A stretch of 59,395 bases of DNA from a virus (taxonomy: Duplodnaviria > Caudoviricetes). Positions 38,869 through 47,831 of this stretch are shown piece after piece. The notes below the pieces were generated by a model that was not told the DNA's origin, ran no database searches, and saw nothing but the letters and a program-made list of their open reading frames with translations. The stretch lies in the IMG/VR virus record IMGVR_UViG_3300046693_000004, positions 1 through 59,395 of that record, one strand, 5' to 3'. Positions within the stretch are counted from its first letter, which is position 1. The number at the start of each line of letters is the position of its first letter. The position numbers were made by a program, and so were the translations under genes.

Positions 38869-40323
38869 TCATGTCTTACTTGCTTTCACTTCAGCAAATC
38901 CACCAAGCAAACTTGTTTTTAAAGCTACTGACCATTCAAGTTTAAAGATTCTATCTCTTGCCATACCTAATCTATTCCAAGATACTGTAGTTAAATACTC
39001 GCCTTGTAATCCAAAACCCTGCTGAATGCCGTTACCATAAGTCCTACCGCGATCATCAGAAAAATATAAAGTCATCATAGGTTCTAAATCAGGATCGTCA
39101 ATATCAGTTGTTCCAACTTCAATATCAGCATCAAAAGAATTATAAATTATTCTATTATATTCAGGTCCAACCATATGCATAAAAGTTTTTCGACGCAAAA
39201 TCGGGCCTTCAAAATCAGTGTAAACCTCTGGGTCTAAAATGTAAATCCGCCCTGTTTCCCAATCACCAATCATGTTTTGATTATTAAAAAACATAAACGT
39301 ATTAGCACGATGGCGATTAATATTACCGTTTTCATCAAGCCATGACCAACGAAACCACTCTTCAGTAGTTAAATCATAAACCCAAGTAACATTAGCTGTA
39401 GGGAAAATTATAACATAAAAAGCATGATTTTCTTGTGCCCATACTCCACCAATAGCATCAGCTACAGTTTCATAGCCTTCCATTTCATTAGTAAGAAATG
39501 ATGTAGCTATGTTCTTAGTCTGATATCCAAAGCCCATCAATATTTGAAATTGACCTTGCCTATCCTGCATAAGCCAAAATACAATTACATCTTGCGAGGC
39601 AATTGAATATTGTGCTCCACATCCATGATCGATAAAGGCACCTTGAACAAGCTGAAAATAAAAATCAGCCGCACCTGTACCAATCCAAATTTCAGTAGTA
39701 AGAGCACCAATTAACCAAAGCTCTTTATGAACTGTAGCAATACCCACAATTGGGTCAGCAGAACCACTTTTAGCAGCTATGTCTAATGGATCAAACGCCG
39801 TCATAGCTACGATTTGAGTATAGTCTATCATAGAGCCAGAAATATAAAATTGATTAGTATCAGGCCGATTGAATACGAAAAATGTATCCAAAAAGACCAC
39901 AAAATCCGCGCCATAAAATGCAGGGTCGATAATTTGTGTAAAGGAGTTGTCAGACATATTAATCGCCCAACCTTCAACACCGTCAACTAAGACAATGATT
40001 AAGCCATTGTCTGACATTGACACTTGGCTAGCGCGATCAGGAATAGCGCCAACAAATACCATAGCACCATTAGTTGCTATGGCATAAACTCTTGTGCCAA
40101 CAACTTCATAAGCAGTACCAAGAGTAGTCCTATAAAGACAACGTGAATTATCCTCTTGGTCAGGAGTACCAAATAAGGTGGAACCGGGAGTTTGATAATA
40201 AGTGGTTTGTGCAGGAGCTTGCTTATTACTATTAACTTCCATATATAAGTTAATAGTTTCCTGTGCCGATGCTATCGGACTTCTATCACGATAAGCACCA
40301 CCTAGGCACGGAACACGAGACAT
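38869..40323 (-). CDS. tail hub / packaged DNA stabilisation protein (P22 gp10-like)
   Basis: 484 aa; INLY.E, TPG, SMSDNG, WVYDL, SDDRG.T, W.RLG..RDR. Confidence 0.88.
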   Translation of the reverse strand: MSRVPCLGGAYRDRSPIASAQETINLYMEVNSNKQAPAQTTYYQTPGSTLFGTPDQEDNSRCLYRTTLGTAYEVVGTRVYAIATNGAMVFVGAIPDRASQVSMSDNGLIIVLVDGVEGWAINMSDNSFTQIIDPAFYGADFVVFLDTFFVFNRPDTNQFYISGSMIDYTQIVAMTAFDPLDIAAKSGSADPIVGIATVHKELWLIGALTTEIWIGTGAADFYFQLVQGAFIDHGCGAQYSIASQDVIVFWLMQDRQGQFQILMGFGYQTKNIATSFLTNEMEGYETVADAIGGVWAQENHAFYVIIFPTANVTWVYDLTTEEWFRWSWLDENGNINRHRANTFMFFNNQNMIGDWETGRIYILDPEVYTDFEGPILRRKTFMHMVGPEYNRIIYNSFDADIEVGTTDIDDPDLEPMMTLYFSDDRGRTYGNGIQQGFGLQGEYLTTVSWNRLGMARDRIFKLEWSVALKTSLLGGFAEVKASKT

Positions 40324-40496
40324 TATGATCTACTCTTAATTTCAGCCTTAACCTGCCTAATAGTAGGCACCATTGAATTTTTATAAATCTCTCTTGTTTC
40401 TTTATCTCTATTACGCCAATTTAATTCTTTAAGCCAAGCTTTTAACTCTGACATTTTCCAAAAGCATAAAAAAGTGTTAGGTGGGTTAAGTATCAC

Positions 40497-41474
40497 CTAA
40501 CCCACTCCATAGCCATCAGGATTATACAATGAAAATGCATGTCCCTTACGAATACCGGGAGGCATTCCAAGTGTTGGCACTTGTGTATTAGCAGAACGAA
40601 CAGTATTAAGAGCACTCTTGGCTAGTCGTTGTGTTTGCTCACCAACAGGAAGATTATATGCAGAGCATAAACGAATAGCTAAATTATAATGAATAGCTTC
40701 CTCATACTCTTCAGGCATATCAAATTCACTATCCAAGCTGATAGTGGTATTAGTTACAGTATAAACAAATCCAGAGCCACCACCTAAAGCCGCGTCATCA
40801 ATACCTAAAACATCATTAATAACGTAGTTTTGTCCTGCATTCTGAATAGTAGCAACTGTAACAATACCACCAGCTACAGTAATATCTACAGCCGCACTAT
40901 TTTGATTTTCACCGCCACCAACTAAAGGTGTAGCAGGATATAAACCATCTGTATAACCAGTACCGCCAACAAACCTACCAGCACTAATTCGCTGTTGCCA
41001 GTTAGCAGAACCTTTAACAATTAAATGAAGTTCATAAGTAGCATCTGGAACTGGCCAGAAATAGACATTTCCATACGGATAAGCAGCATCATAAAACACC
41101 CTATATGGAAATGAGCTTAATTCTTTAAGAGCAATTAAAGCATAATCTTCATAACTAAAGATTAATTTACATGGAATAGATACAGGAGTGCTAACATCAG
41201 ACTGCAACAAGATCATATAAGCTGATTGTATCTTATCTGGCCTAGCTGCATTCCAGTATTGACCGGGGCCAATCTTATTAGATTTTAATCCATTACCCAC
41301 AACTGAGATATCAATAAGATTGGGCACAAGCCAGCGTTTTTTCTGCCAAGCCGCCATCATGCGCTTAAGATATGTAAACCCATCATCAGTATCTTGAGCA
41401 AGTAGCGTTTGGCCAACGCCTAAGACGCCAGCCTCACGCATTGCTAGATTGATGAAGTCTCTAGCTGTAGGCAT
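40497..41474 (-). CDS. head-tail adaptor (P22 gp4-like) with an internal beta-rich insertion
   Basis: TARDFI..AM...GV...GQ; FWPVP; P.EYEEA..YNLA.RL; insert GGTGYTDG...GSGFVYTV. Confidence 0.8.
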   Translation of the reverse strand: MPTARDFINLAMREAGVLGVGQTLLAQDTDDGFTYLKRMMAAWQKKRWLVPNLIDISVVGNGLKSNKIGPGQYWNAARPDKIQSAYMILLQSDVSTPVSIPCKLIFSYEDYALIALKELSSFPYRVFYDAAYPYGNVYFWPVPDATYELHLIVKGSANWQQRISAGRFVGGTGYTDGLYPATPLVGGGENQNSAAVDITVAGGIVTVATIQNAGQNYVINDVLGIDDAALGGGSGFVYTVTNTTISLDSEFDMPEEYEEAIHYNLAIRLCSAYNLPVGEQTQRLAKSALNTVRSANTQVPTLGMPPGIRKGHAFSLYNPDGYGVG

Positions 41475-41479
41475 TTAAA

Positions 41480-41701
41480 TTACTGCTGTGCCCAACCGGG
41501 TTTCTTCTCTTCCTTTGGTTCTTTAGCTTCAGGATTATTCTTAAGCCATTTCTTATGTTCATCTGGACTATTAACAATTACACCAGCCACAACTTTATTG
41601 TTTTCAATCTTCTGACCAACAATTTGTGGGTATTGTTTTCTACCATCAATTTCAAGCGGAAATTCATCAACAACTTTTTCAGTCTGAGCTTCTTCAGCCA
41701 T
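41480..41701 (-). CDS. hypothetical virion-region protein
   Basis: YP..V...IVNS.DE motif. Confidence 0.55.
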   Translation of the reverse strand: MAEEAQTEKVVDEFPLEIDGRKQYPQIVGQKIENNKVVAGVIVNSPDEHKKWLKNNPEAKEPKEEKKPGWAQQ

Positions 41702-41893
41702 TTTTCTTAACCTTCATTTTTTCATCGGTTGAATTAAGAAATGATAGATACTGCTCACTAGATAATGTAGCAAAAGGTTTACCAGAAATGTCTAAGCCTT
41801 TTTCTAAATTGGTAAAATAAAGCCTAGCTAAATTTTGGTCAACCTTATCACTTAAGAAATAAAGGTGGTTTTCAATATCCATATCACACCTTT

Positions 41894-41920
41894 AAAAAGT
41901 AGGGGCATTTGCGCCCCTAT
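41894..41920 (-). terminator. Rho-independent terminator after the coat gene
   Basis: TAGGGGC/GCCCCTA stem with a T run on the minus strand. Confidence 0.75.
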
Positions 41921-41937
41921 AAGTTGGAGGAAACCAA

Positions 41938-43161
41938 TTAAACCTTATCCGCCACTACGCAAAGCCACTCAGGACGGATATACCTAAAGCCAAATAACAC
42001 GTCCACACGAGTAGCTAACTGATCGCTATTCGGCAGATAGTCAGTAAGCACGCGCATGGAAATACCATTGTATTCCGAACGCGCACACTCCACAACGGCA
42101 CCAGTGACCAACACAAGGTCAGCGGTTGCCATCGTAACAGCCTTCTGAGTGTAGGCAATAGACTTGCGGAACACTTCACCCGGCTTAGTCACCATAAGCA
42201 CCGCACCACCAGCAGGAGCGGGAACAGAAACAGTCTGAAACTGCTGATTAACACCAGCAATAGGAGCAATCAAATCAGGGTAAATAGGAATGCTAGTATC
42301 GTTAATCGCAACATCAGCAGTAACAACAAACTGCTGAAGCGTTCCTAAATCCTGCTTATTGACACGGTTAACCTGATTAACCGTAGCAACTGTAATAAAG
42401 TCACCCTTCTTAAGAGTGGTAGCAATTGCAGTAACAGTGAGTGCAGAAACGTTATTCTGCGCACCGTTAATGGTAGATGTACCTGCGTAAGTGCCAGAAG
42501 TGTGCTTAATAACAGTCTGATCTTCAAACCAACGCTCATAGCCTAAACCAGACTTCATGCTACCAGAACGAAATTGAGCACTAATTTCAGGAGTAGGATT
42601 AAACTGACCAGCCATAGTAGCGACGGCGCGAGCATTGGAAGTAGGATCAAGAACAATTCGGCGGCTGTTCATATCCGCTGAATTTTGAGTAAGAGTTGCA
42701 TTACCTAAAAGGTACTGTTCAATACCGGGGGAAATAATATTACCACCAGCATCAACGTTAGAAACGAAGTTACTGACGCCACCTTCAGAACCATTCATAA
42801 TGGTAACGGCAACCTCACCAGCAAGGTTGTTAATAATAGGCGCCATCACCAATTCTGAGTAGTTGTCAATATCCATCGTGCGTTCAGCAGAAGTGAACGG
42901 CACTGCGATATTAACCTGATCGGAAACGGTTAAAGTGGTGTATTTCTGTTGCGTAGGCTGCAACTGCATTGCAGGACCACGGGTAGGCACATAATCGCTA
43001 GGCAGACGAATACGCAACGTCTCACCAATTTTTGCACCATCAATGGCAAATTGAGGGTCATACTGAGTATCCATGTTCATAATGAACAGGTTAGAGTTTT
43101 TGAATAATCGTACTGCTTCAGCAGTAATCATGTCGATGGTTAATAAAGTATTACCGGGCAT
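41938..43161 (-). CDS. major capsid protein (P22 coat family)
   Basis: N.LLTIDMIT.EA...AKIG.TLRIRLP...R.DVLFG...IRPEW. Confidence 0.93.
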   Translation of the reverse strand: MPGNTLLTIDMITAEAVRLFKNSNLFIMNMDTQYDPQFAIDGAKIGETLRIRLPSDYVPTRGPAMQLQPTQQKYTTLTVSDQVNIAVPFTSAERTMDIDNYSELVMAPIINNLAGEVAVTIMNGSEGGVSNFVSNVDAGGNIISPGIEQYLLGNATLTQNSADMNSRRIVLDPTSNARAVATMAGQFNPTPEISAQFRSGSMKSGLGYERWFEDQTVIKHTSGTYAGTSTINGAQNNVSALTVTAIATTLKKGDFITVATVNQVNRVNKQDLGTLQQFVVTADVAINDTSIPIYPDLIAPIAGVNQQFQTVSVPAPAGGAVLMVTKPGEVFRKSIAYTQKAVTMATADLVLVTGAVVECARSEYNGISMRVLTDYLPNSDQLATRVDVLFGFRYIRPEWLCVVADKV

Positions 43162-43440
43162 AACTTAGAATCCTTAAGTGAACTAATTGGTTAATCAAAT
43201 GCCAATAATGGCGCGAATGCTTTTTAGCTAAAAAGATTTTTGGGAAGGTGCTCTAACGAGCAGCAGGGTTGTTAAGGGACAACCGAGAAACCAGACAGGT
43301 GCGGTTAAGCCAGCACCAGAAGGCGAATGCTGCAATCTACCCACAAATGATTAGCCCCTGCAAGCGGAATTTTTGCTTACAGGGGCTAAGTTGCGAGTGT
43401 GCCGTAGGATAGTCCTTAGGCAAGTGGAATCACCTACCTT
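43162..43440 (-). promoter_or_regulatory. large hairpin, possible internal promoter and multi-hairpin leader of the coat gene
   Basis: TTAGCCCCTG...CAGGGGCTAA stem (43351-43389); three stems with TTA-containing loops at about 43249-43317. Confidence 0.55.
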
Positions 43441-43887
43441 TCACTTATACCTTGTTAAAAACTGACTTTGTTCTGTAGTTCTACGTCCAATTATTTCCTT
43501 TGGAATCTTCCAATCCATAATGTGTTTAGCGCAGCCTGCTTTATCGCCAGCGTTAAACAATTTTATTGCTGTTGATTTAGCAAATTTTTCTACATTGAAT
43601 GTAATTGAAACGAATGCATCAAATTCATGATCTTCAGCAGGCACTTTTAATGCATTGTTTACAAGCCTTTCATATTTCACAAGATCATGCATTAGAATTT
43701 CATCACATTCCTGTGCAGTAAATTTTTTGTTCTTAGTGTCTTTATAGAAAGGTTGACCTGCATTATCAGTGTGACCAACGCAACAAGTCCATACGCCTTG
43801 TGTGTCTTTATACCATTTTAAAATCTTACCTTCTCTATCAGTAAGCCTTTGTCTACCTCTTAATGTCATCTTGTAATTTGTGGGCAT
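43441..43887 (-). CDS. endolysin, GH24 (T4/P21-type) lysozyme
   Basis: E-x8-D-x5-T triad: REGKILKWYKDTQGVWT; EFDAFVS.TFN; RR..E. Confidence 0.9.
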   Translation of the reverse strand: MPTNYKMTLRGRQRLTDREGKILKWYKDTQGVWTCCVGHTDNAGQPFYKDTKNKKFTAQECDEILMHDLVKYERLVNNALKVPAEDHEFDAFVSITFNVEKFAKSTAIKLFNAGDKAGCAKHIMDWKIPKEIIGRRTTEQSQFLTRYK

Positions 43888-43972
43888 GATTATATCCTTT
43901 AATTAGGCCCTCATGTATATCATGAGCTAACAATCTTTCAGAAAGGGCACGGTCAACCCGCCCGGCCATTAA

Positions 43973-44836
43973 TTAATTCAACCCCATCTTGCGCTTTCTA
44001 TATGCTTCAGATTGTGCAGCACGAATACGAGCAAATTCAGCCATATTTTTAGGGTCTAGAACATCAGGAGTAACGCCGCGTCCCTTAAGACCTTCATTAG
44101 GAGCAGGTACTTTAGAAATAGGCTTAGGCGGCTTCTTAAGCTTATTAGAAATGTCATTTAACCTTAAAGCCATCTTAGCAGGACTAAGAACATGAATTTC
44201 TTCATACTCGTCTTCATGCTTAGTAAGATACATTAATACATCACCGCCATGATTAGGAAGGTCATCAAGAATACCAATCATAGTACCCGGAATCATACCA
44301 TTATTATAATCTTCAGCCATAGCTTCAATTTTAGTTTTGAAGTCCTTATCGATTTTCTTAGCTTCTTCTGCAATACGATTAACAGAAGCTTCAAACTCAT
44401 TTTTAGTTATCTCTTCTTTAGCAAATTCTTTAGCACGCTTAACAACTTCTTCTTCAGTAAATACCTTTTCATCATCAGGACGTGCAGCAAGCTGCTTATT
44501 AGCTTCTTCTAATTCCTTACGCAAATCACGGTTCTTTTTACGCTCTTTCTCAATACGATTTTTAAGCCTTTCTCGCTCCTTAGCAGTTAAAGTTTTATCT
44601 TCTAATTCTTCCTCTAATTCTTCAACCTTCTCTTCAGAGGCTTCAATTTTTTCCTCTACATCTTCAGGCTCTTTTACTTCTTCTTCCTTAACTTCCTCTT
44701 CCTTCTTAACGCCATCCTCTTCAGCAATCTTTGCTTCGGCATCCGCCTTAGCTTTAACAGCATCGGCTTCAGTCTTAATAATAGCAATGGAATCGCGTTC
44801 GGCTTGTGCCGCCTTCTTCTGTTCTTCGGTAGCCAT
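43973..44836 (-). CDS. scaffolding protein
   Basis: Acidic/coiled-coil, ISKVPAP, basic C-terminus; upstream of the coat gene. Confidence 0.8.
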   Translation of the reverse strand: MATEEQKKAAQAERDSIAIIKTEADAVKAKADAEAKIAEEDGVKKEEEVKEEEVKEPEDVEEKIEASEEKVEELEEELEDKTLTAKERERLKNRIEKERKKNRDLRKELEEANKQLAARPDDEKVFTEEEVVKRAKEFAKEEITKNEFEASVNRIAEEAKKIDKDFKTKIEAMAEDYNNGMIPGTMIGILDDLPNHGGDVLMYLTKHEDEYEEIHVLSPAKMALRLNDISNKLKKPPKPISKVPAPNEGLKGRGVTPDVLDPKNMAEFARIRAAQSEAYRKRKMGLN

Positions 44837-45152
44837 GTTAGGATTTCCTTTTCTTTATCTCTTGTTTGATTTCATTACGAAGTGCTTTAAAACTTGGATT
44901 TATTTCTGGCTTAGGCTTCAGCTTTTCAAATTTAGGATGCTTTAACGATTCTAAATAATTTTCTTCAACTCCTGAAAGTTCCCAATCAGCAGCTTGAAGT
45001 TCCTTTAGGGTCATGCCCACAATATCAGCGCCTTTAAATTTTGCCATATGCTTTCATAATCTCTTCAAATGATTTGTCATCATCTTTCTTATAATCAGGC
45101 ACTTCTTTAGGTGGTTTTTCCTTAGCTAATATTTTAGTTGGTAATTTCTTTG

Positions 45153-45371
45153 TCATAGCTTACTCACAATCTTAGCTTGCTCTTTAACGTAAGATTTTAC
45201 ATCTTTCATTAAAGCCTTATCGCTACGGACTTCATCGGCACGCTGAATACTTCTCAGTGCGTCTTCAGCCCTATAACGTCTTTCGCGCTCTACATCAGCT
45301 TTATTTGGCTTATATGACACACATGAGGCAGTAGAAGGCATTTCAACTGGCAGCTTTGGTTTCTTAGCCAT
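45153..45371 (-). CDS. conserved small head-region protein
   Basis: RYRAEDALR.I.RA.E...DK.LM. Confidence 0.6.
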   Translation of the reverse strand: MAKKPKLPVEMPSTASCVSYKPNKADVERERRYRAEDALRSIQRADEVRSDKALMKDVKSYVKEQAKIVSKL

Positions 45372-45783
45372 TTGCATTTCCTTTCATTAAAGCAGCAGTG
45401 TCACCACTATTAACATGCTCAAATCTCTTAGTATTCACAATAATTGGAGGCTCTGGCTTACAGTCTAGAACCTTGGTCAAATCAATGTCAGGCAACTTAT
45501 TATCAAACAATGCTGTAGTGTCATCATCGTGAATACGCTCTTGCAACGCAGTCCAAATTTCATGCTTCATTGCAGGACTAGCGTTAGGTTGATTTAGAAT
45601 ATCGATTAAGTGCGATACTGCGCGCGGGATAAATTTAATGAAATTGTGAGCAGCGTAATACCTAGCTGATTTGTGTTTTGAAGTGAGACCTTGAGAACGT
45701 CCAACGTCGTAGAAGACGGCTGCAAATTCTAACGCGGTGCGTTCAATAAGTGTGGTGCGCGGGGAGGCGAGTTTTTTATTCAT
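45364..45783 (-). CDS. hypothetical protein
   Basis: 139 aa, coupled. Confidence 0.6.
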   Translation of the reverse strand: MNKKLASPRTTLIERTALEFAAVFYDVGRSQGLTSKHKSARYYAAHNFIKFIPRAVSHLIDILNQPNASPAMKHEIWTALQERIHDDDTTALFDNKLPDIDLTKVLDCKPEPPIIVNTKRFEHVNSGDTAALMKGNANG

Positions 45784-47831
45784 TCTGTATTCTCAAACGG
45801 GTTGTGGTCAACTTTAACGAGGCGCGGCTTGCGCTTGAATGGGTCATCTGACACCGGGGTAAAAGTTGGTACACCACTTGAGTACAACGGAAATCCCTTG
45901 TTAGCAATAGTTTCGCGCATTTGTGGTGTGATTTTGATTATTGGGATTTTATCACCTTTTAAGTTTTCAATCATTCTACCAACAGTTTCTTCTACCATTA
46001 AATCATGAATACCATCGCGTTCGCTTTCTAATGCTTTAACTTCGTTTGATTTAATAGCTTCGCTATTTCTACCGTTATTAGTCAGTTTGTTAATTTCTTT
46101 AGTATATTCGTCCCAAGCTTTAGCATATTTAGTTTGTGCCTCTTCATCCGGCCTAATTTCATTCTTTTTAATCTTGCTCTTATCTGCAGGTAAATTTTCA
46201 TACTCCACCTTCCCGCCCATCTTTTTAATTAACGCATTAGCTTTAGCTGGCAACATGGTGTCATAAAAGGCTTTCATGCCTTCACCGCCTACTTTGAGCT
46301 CAACTCCACTATATTCTATTGCTCCTGTTAAACCTTCCTTATTATCTTTTATTATTTTTTCAGCTAACTCTTTACCTACAGTATCAGCAAGCTTATCCTC
46401 TGTAACTCTATCTGCTAAAGCATTAGAGGTTTTATGACCCTTTTGAGTACCAGATATATTGTAACTTCCATCTTGCCGCTTAGTAGCTGTTATGTTGTCA
46501 TAATGCTTACTCAAATCATACCTAGCTGCCTGTGCCTCCCCCGGAGTCCAAGACACAGCATCATAACCCTTAGTAGCTGCCTCTGATAACACACGCTTTA
46601 ATGCAAGTTCATCCCAAGTCTTTTTAAATGGTGCATTGGGTACGCCACTTTTAGCATTCCTAACGGCCTCTTGAGCTAATCTGTATTCTTCCTGTAATGG
46701 AATTAATATGCGATCAATCTCAGGCATATCAGGAAATTCTTTGCGATTTCTTAATTCTGCTCTAGCATCTTCTAATTTAGTGTAAGCTGTATCTAATCTA
46801 CTTGTTAAAGCCTTTTCAGCTTCAGGATTAAAATATCCTTGCTTCCTCCCTGCCTGATGCCAATCACTTTGAATTTCTTCAACATGCAATGTCTTACCAA
46901 CTCCGGGTACTTCTCTATCATTCATACGAATATGGGCTAATACATTAGGTTCATCCCAATGGGAGGATTTGTAGTCAGGCATTCCTTTATATCTAGATAA
47001 TCCTTCGATATCTCTATTTTCAGGTTGAATTTTATTCATTATGTCAACCCATTCTGCTTTTTGTTCTGGTGTAGCTTCCCTACCCAAAGCCTCAAGTTCA
47101 CGCCTTCTAGCATCTAATTTTTCGGCCTTATTAGGTACATTTAAAGTTAACTCTCTGTAATTTTCTCCACCCGGCAATTGCCATTGAGAATAGCTATTTG
47201 TCTTACCTTGATAAGTTGGATTTAAATTTTCATTAAACTTAATCCCATTATCCGCAACATGCTGTGCTAATTGTTCCTTAGTTAACGGCTTATCGCCAAG
47301 TCCAGTTAAACTAAATTCCAATTCTTCAGGCTTAACACCCGGTTGATTTTTTAAGTAGCTAGTCCATTGCTCAGGAGTAGCTTTCTGTACCTTTGAACCT
47401 GCAATAGTATTTTCTAAGGTAGAATAAAACTTACCACCAATAGCACCTAGAGCACCTTTTTCAGCTAAAGGAATAGAAGACATTCCAGCTAAGCCAGCCA
47501 TGTCCTGTACACGTTCGATAACAGGCTGTGAGGTATGTCCGCTATCATCAGTGATAGGCACAGCACCAGAATAAACATCACCAGCAATGGTGCTACCGCT
47601 TCTAACCATTCGTTCTGGCCAAGTCTGATAGCGTTCCTCACCACCAGTGCCAAATAACTTATTACCAATCTTACTACCTGCACTTACCTGAAAATCATCA
47701 ATTAAGCGATTATCTGGTAATTCCGGTATTGTAGGCAAAGCTAATTCTTTACGCTTGATAGTGTTAGTTTCAGGATCAATAAAATAATCCTTTGGTGAAA
47801 CTCCAAACTGAGCATAAAGATCATCAGCCAT
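45780..47831 (-). CDS. EEIQSD-motif protein (domain usually embedded in large phage polyvalent/internal proteins)
   Basis: FYSTLE, GVKPEEL, GGENYRE, SHWDEPNVLAHIR, EEIQSDWHQ, PFKKTW, GMKAFYD. Confidence 0.65.
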   Translation of the reverse strand: MADDLYAQFGVSPKDYFIDPETNTIKRKELALPTIPELPDNRLIDDFQVSAGSKIGNKLFGTGGEERYQTWPERMVRSGSTIAGDVYSGAVPITDDSGHTSQPVIERVQDMAGLAGMSSIPLAEKGALGAIGGKFYSTLENTIAGSKVQKATPEQWTSYLKNQPGVKPEELEFSLTGLGDKPLTKEQLAQHVADNGIKFNENLNPTYQGKTNSYSQWQLPGGENYRELTLNVPNKAEKLDARRRELEALGREATPEQKAEWVDIMNKIQPENRDIEGLSRYKGMPDYKSSHWDEPNVLAHIRMNDREVPGVGKTLHVEEIQSDWHQAGRKQGYFNPEAEKALTSRLDTAYTKLEDARAELRNRKEFPDMPEIDRILIPLQEEYRLAQEAVRNAKSGVPNAPFKKTWDELALKRVLSEAATKGYDAVSWTPGEAQAARYDLSKHYDNITATKRQDGSYNISGTQKGHKTSNALADRVTEDKLADTVGKELAEKIIKDNKEGLTGAIEYSGVELKVGGEGMKAFYDTMLPAKANALIKKMGGKVEYENLPADKSKIKKNEIRPDEEAQTKYAKAWDEYTKEINKLTNNGRNSEAIKSNEVKALESERDGIHDLMVEETVGRMIENLKGDKIPIIKITPQMRETIANKGFPLYSSGVPTFTPVSDDPFKRKPRLVKVDHNPFENTE

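Noticed and set aside
43162-43972. Group I intron or hammerhead ribozyme around the lysozyme gene
   Set aside because: No interrupted gene, no recognisable P7 core, and CTGAAAGA does not fit the CUGANGA...GAAA hammerhead core
44337-44945. 202-aa plus-strand ORF (also 20315-21016, 4423-4884, 47889-48278 and similar)
   Set aside because: Antisense shadows of biased-composition genes; no RBS or motifs
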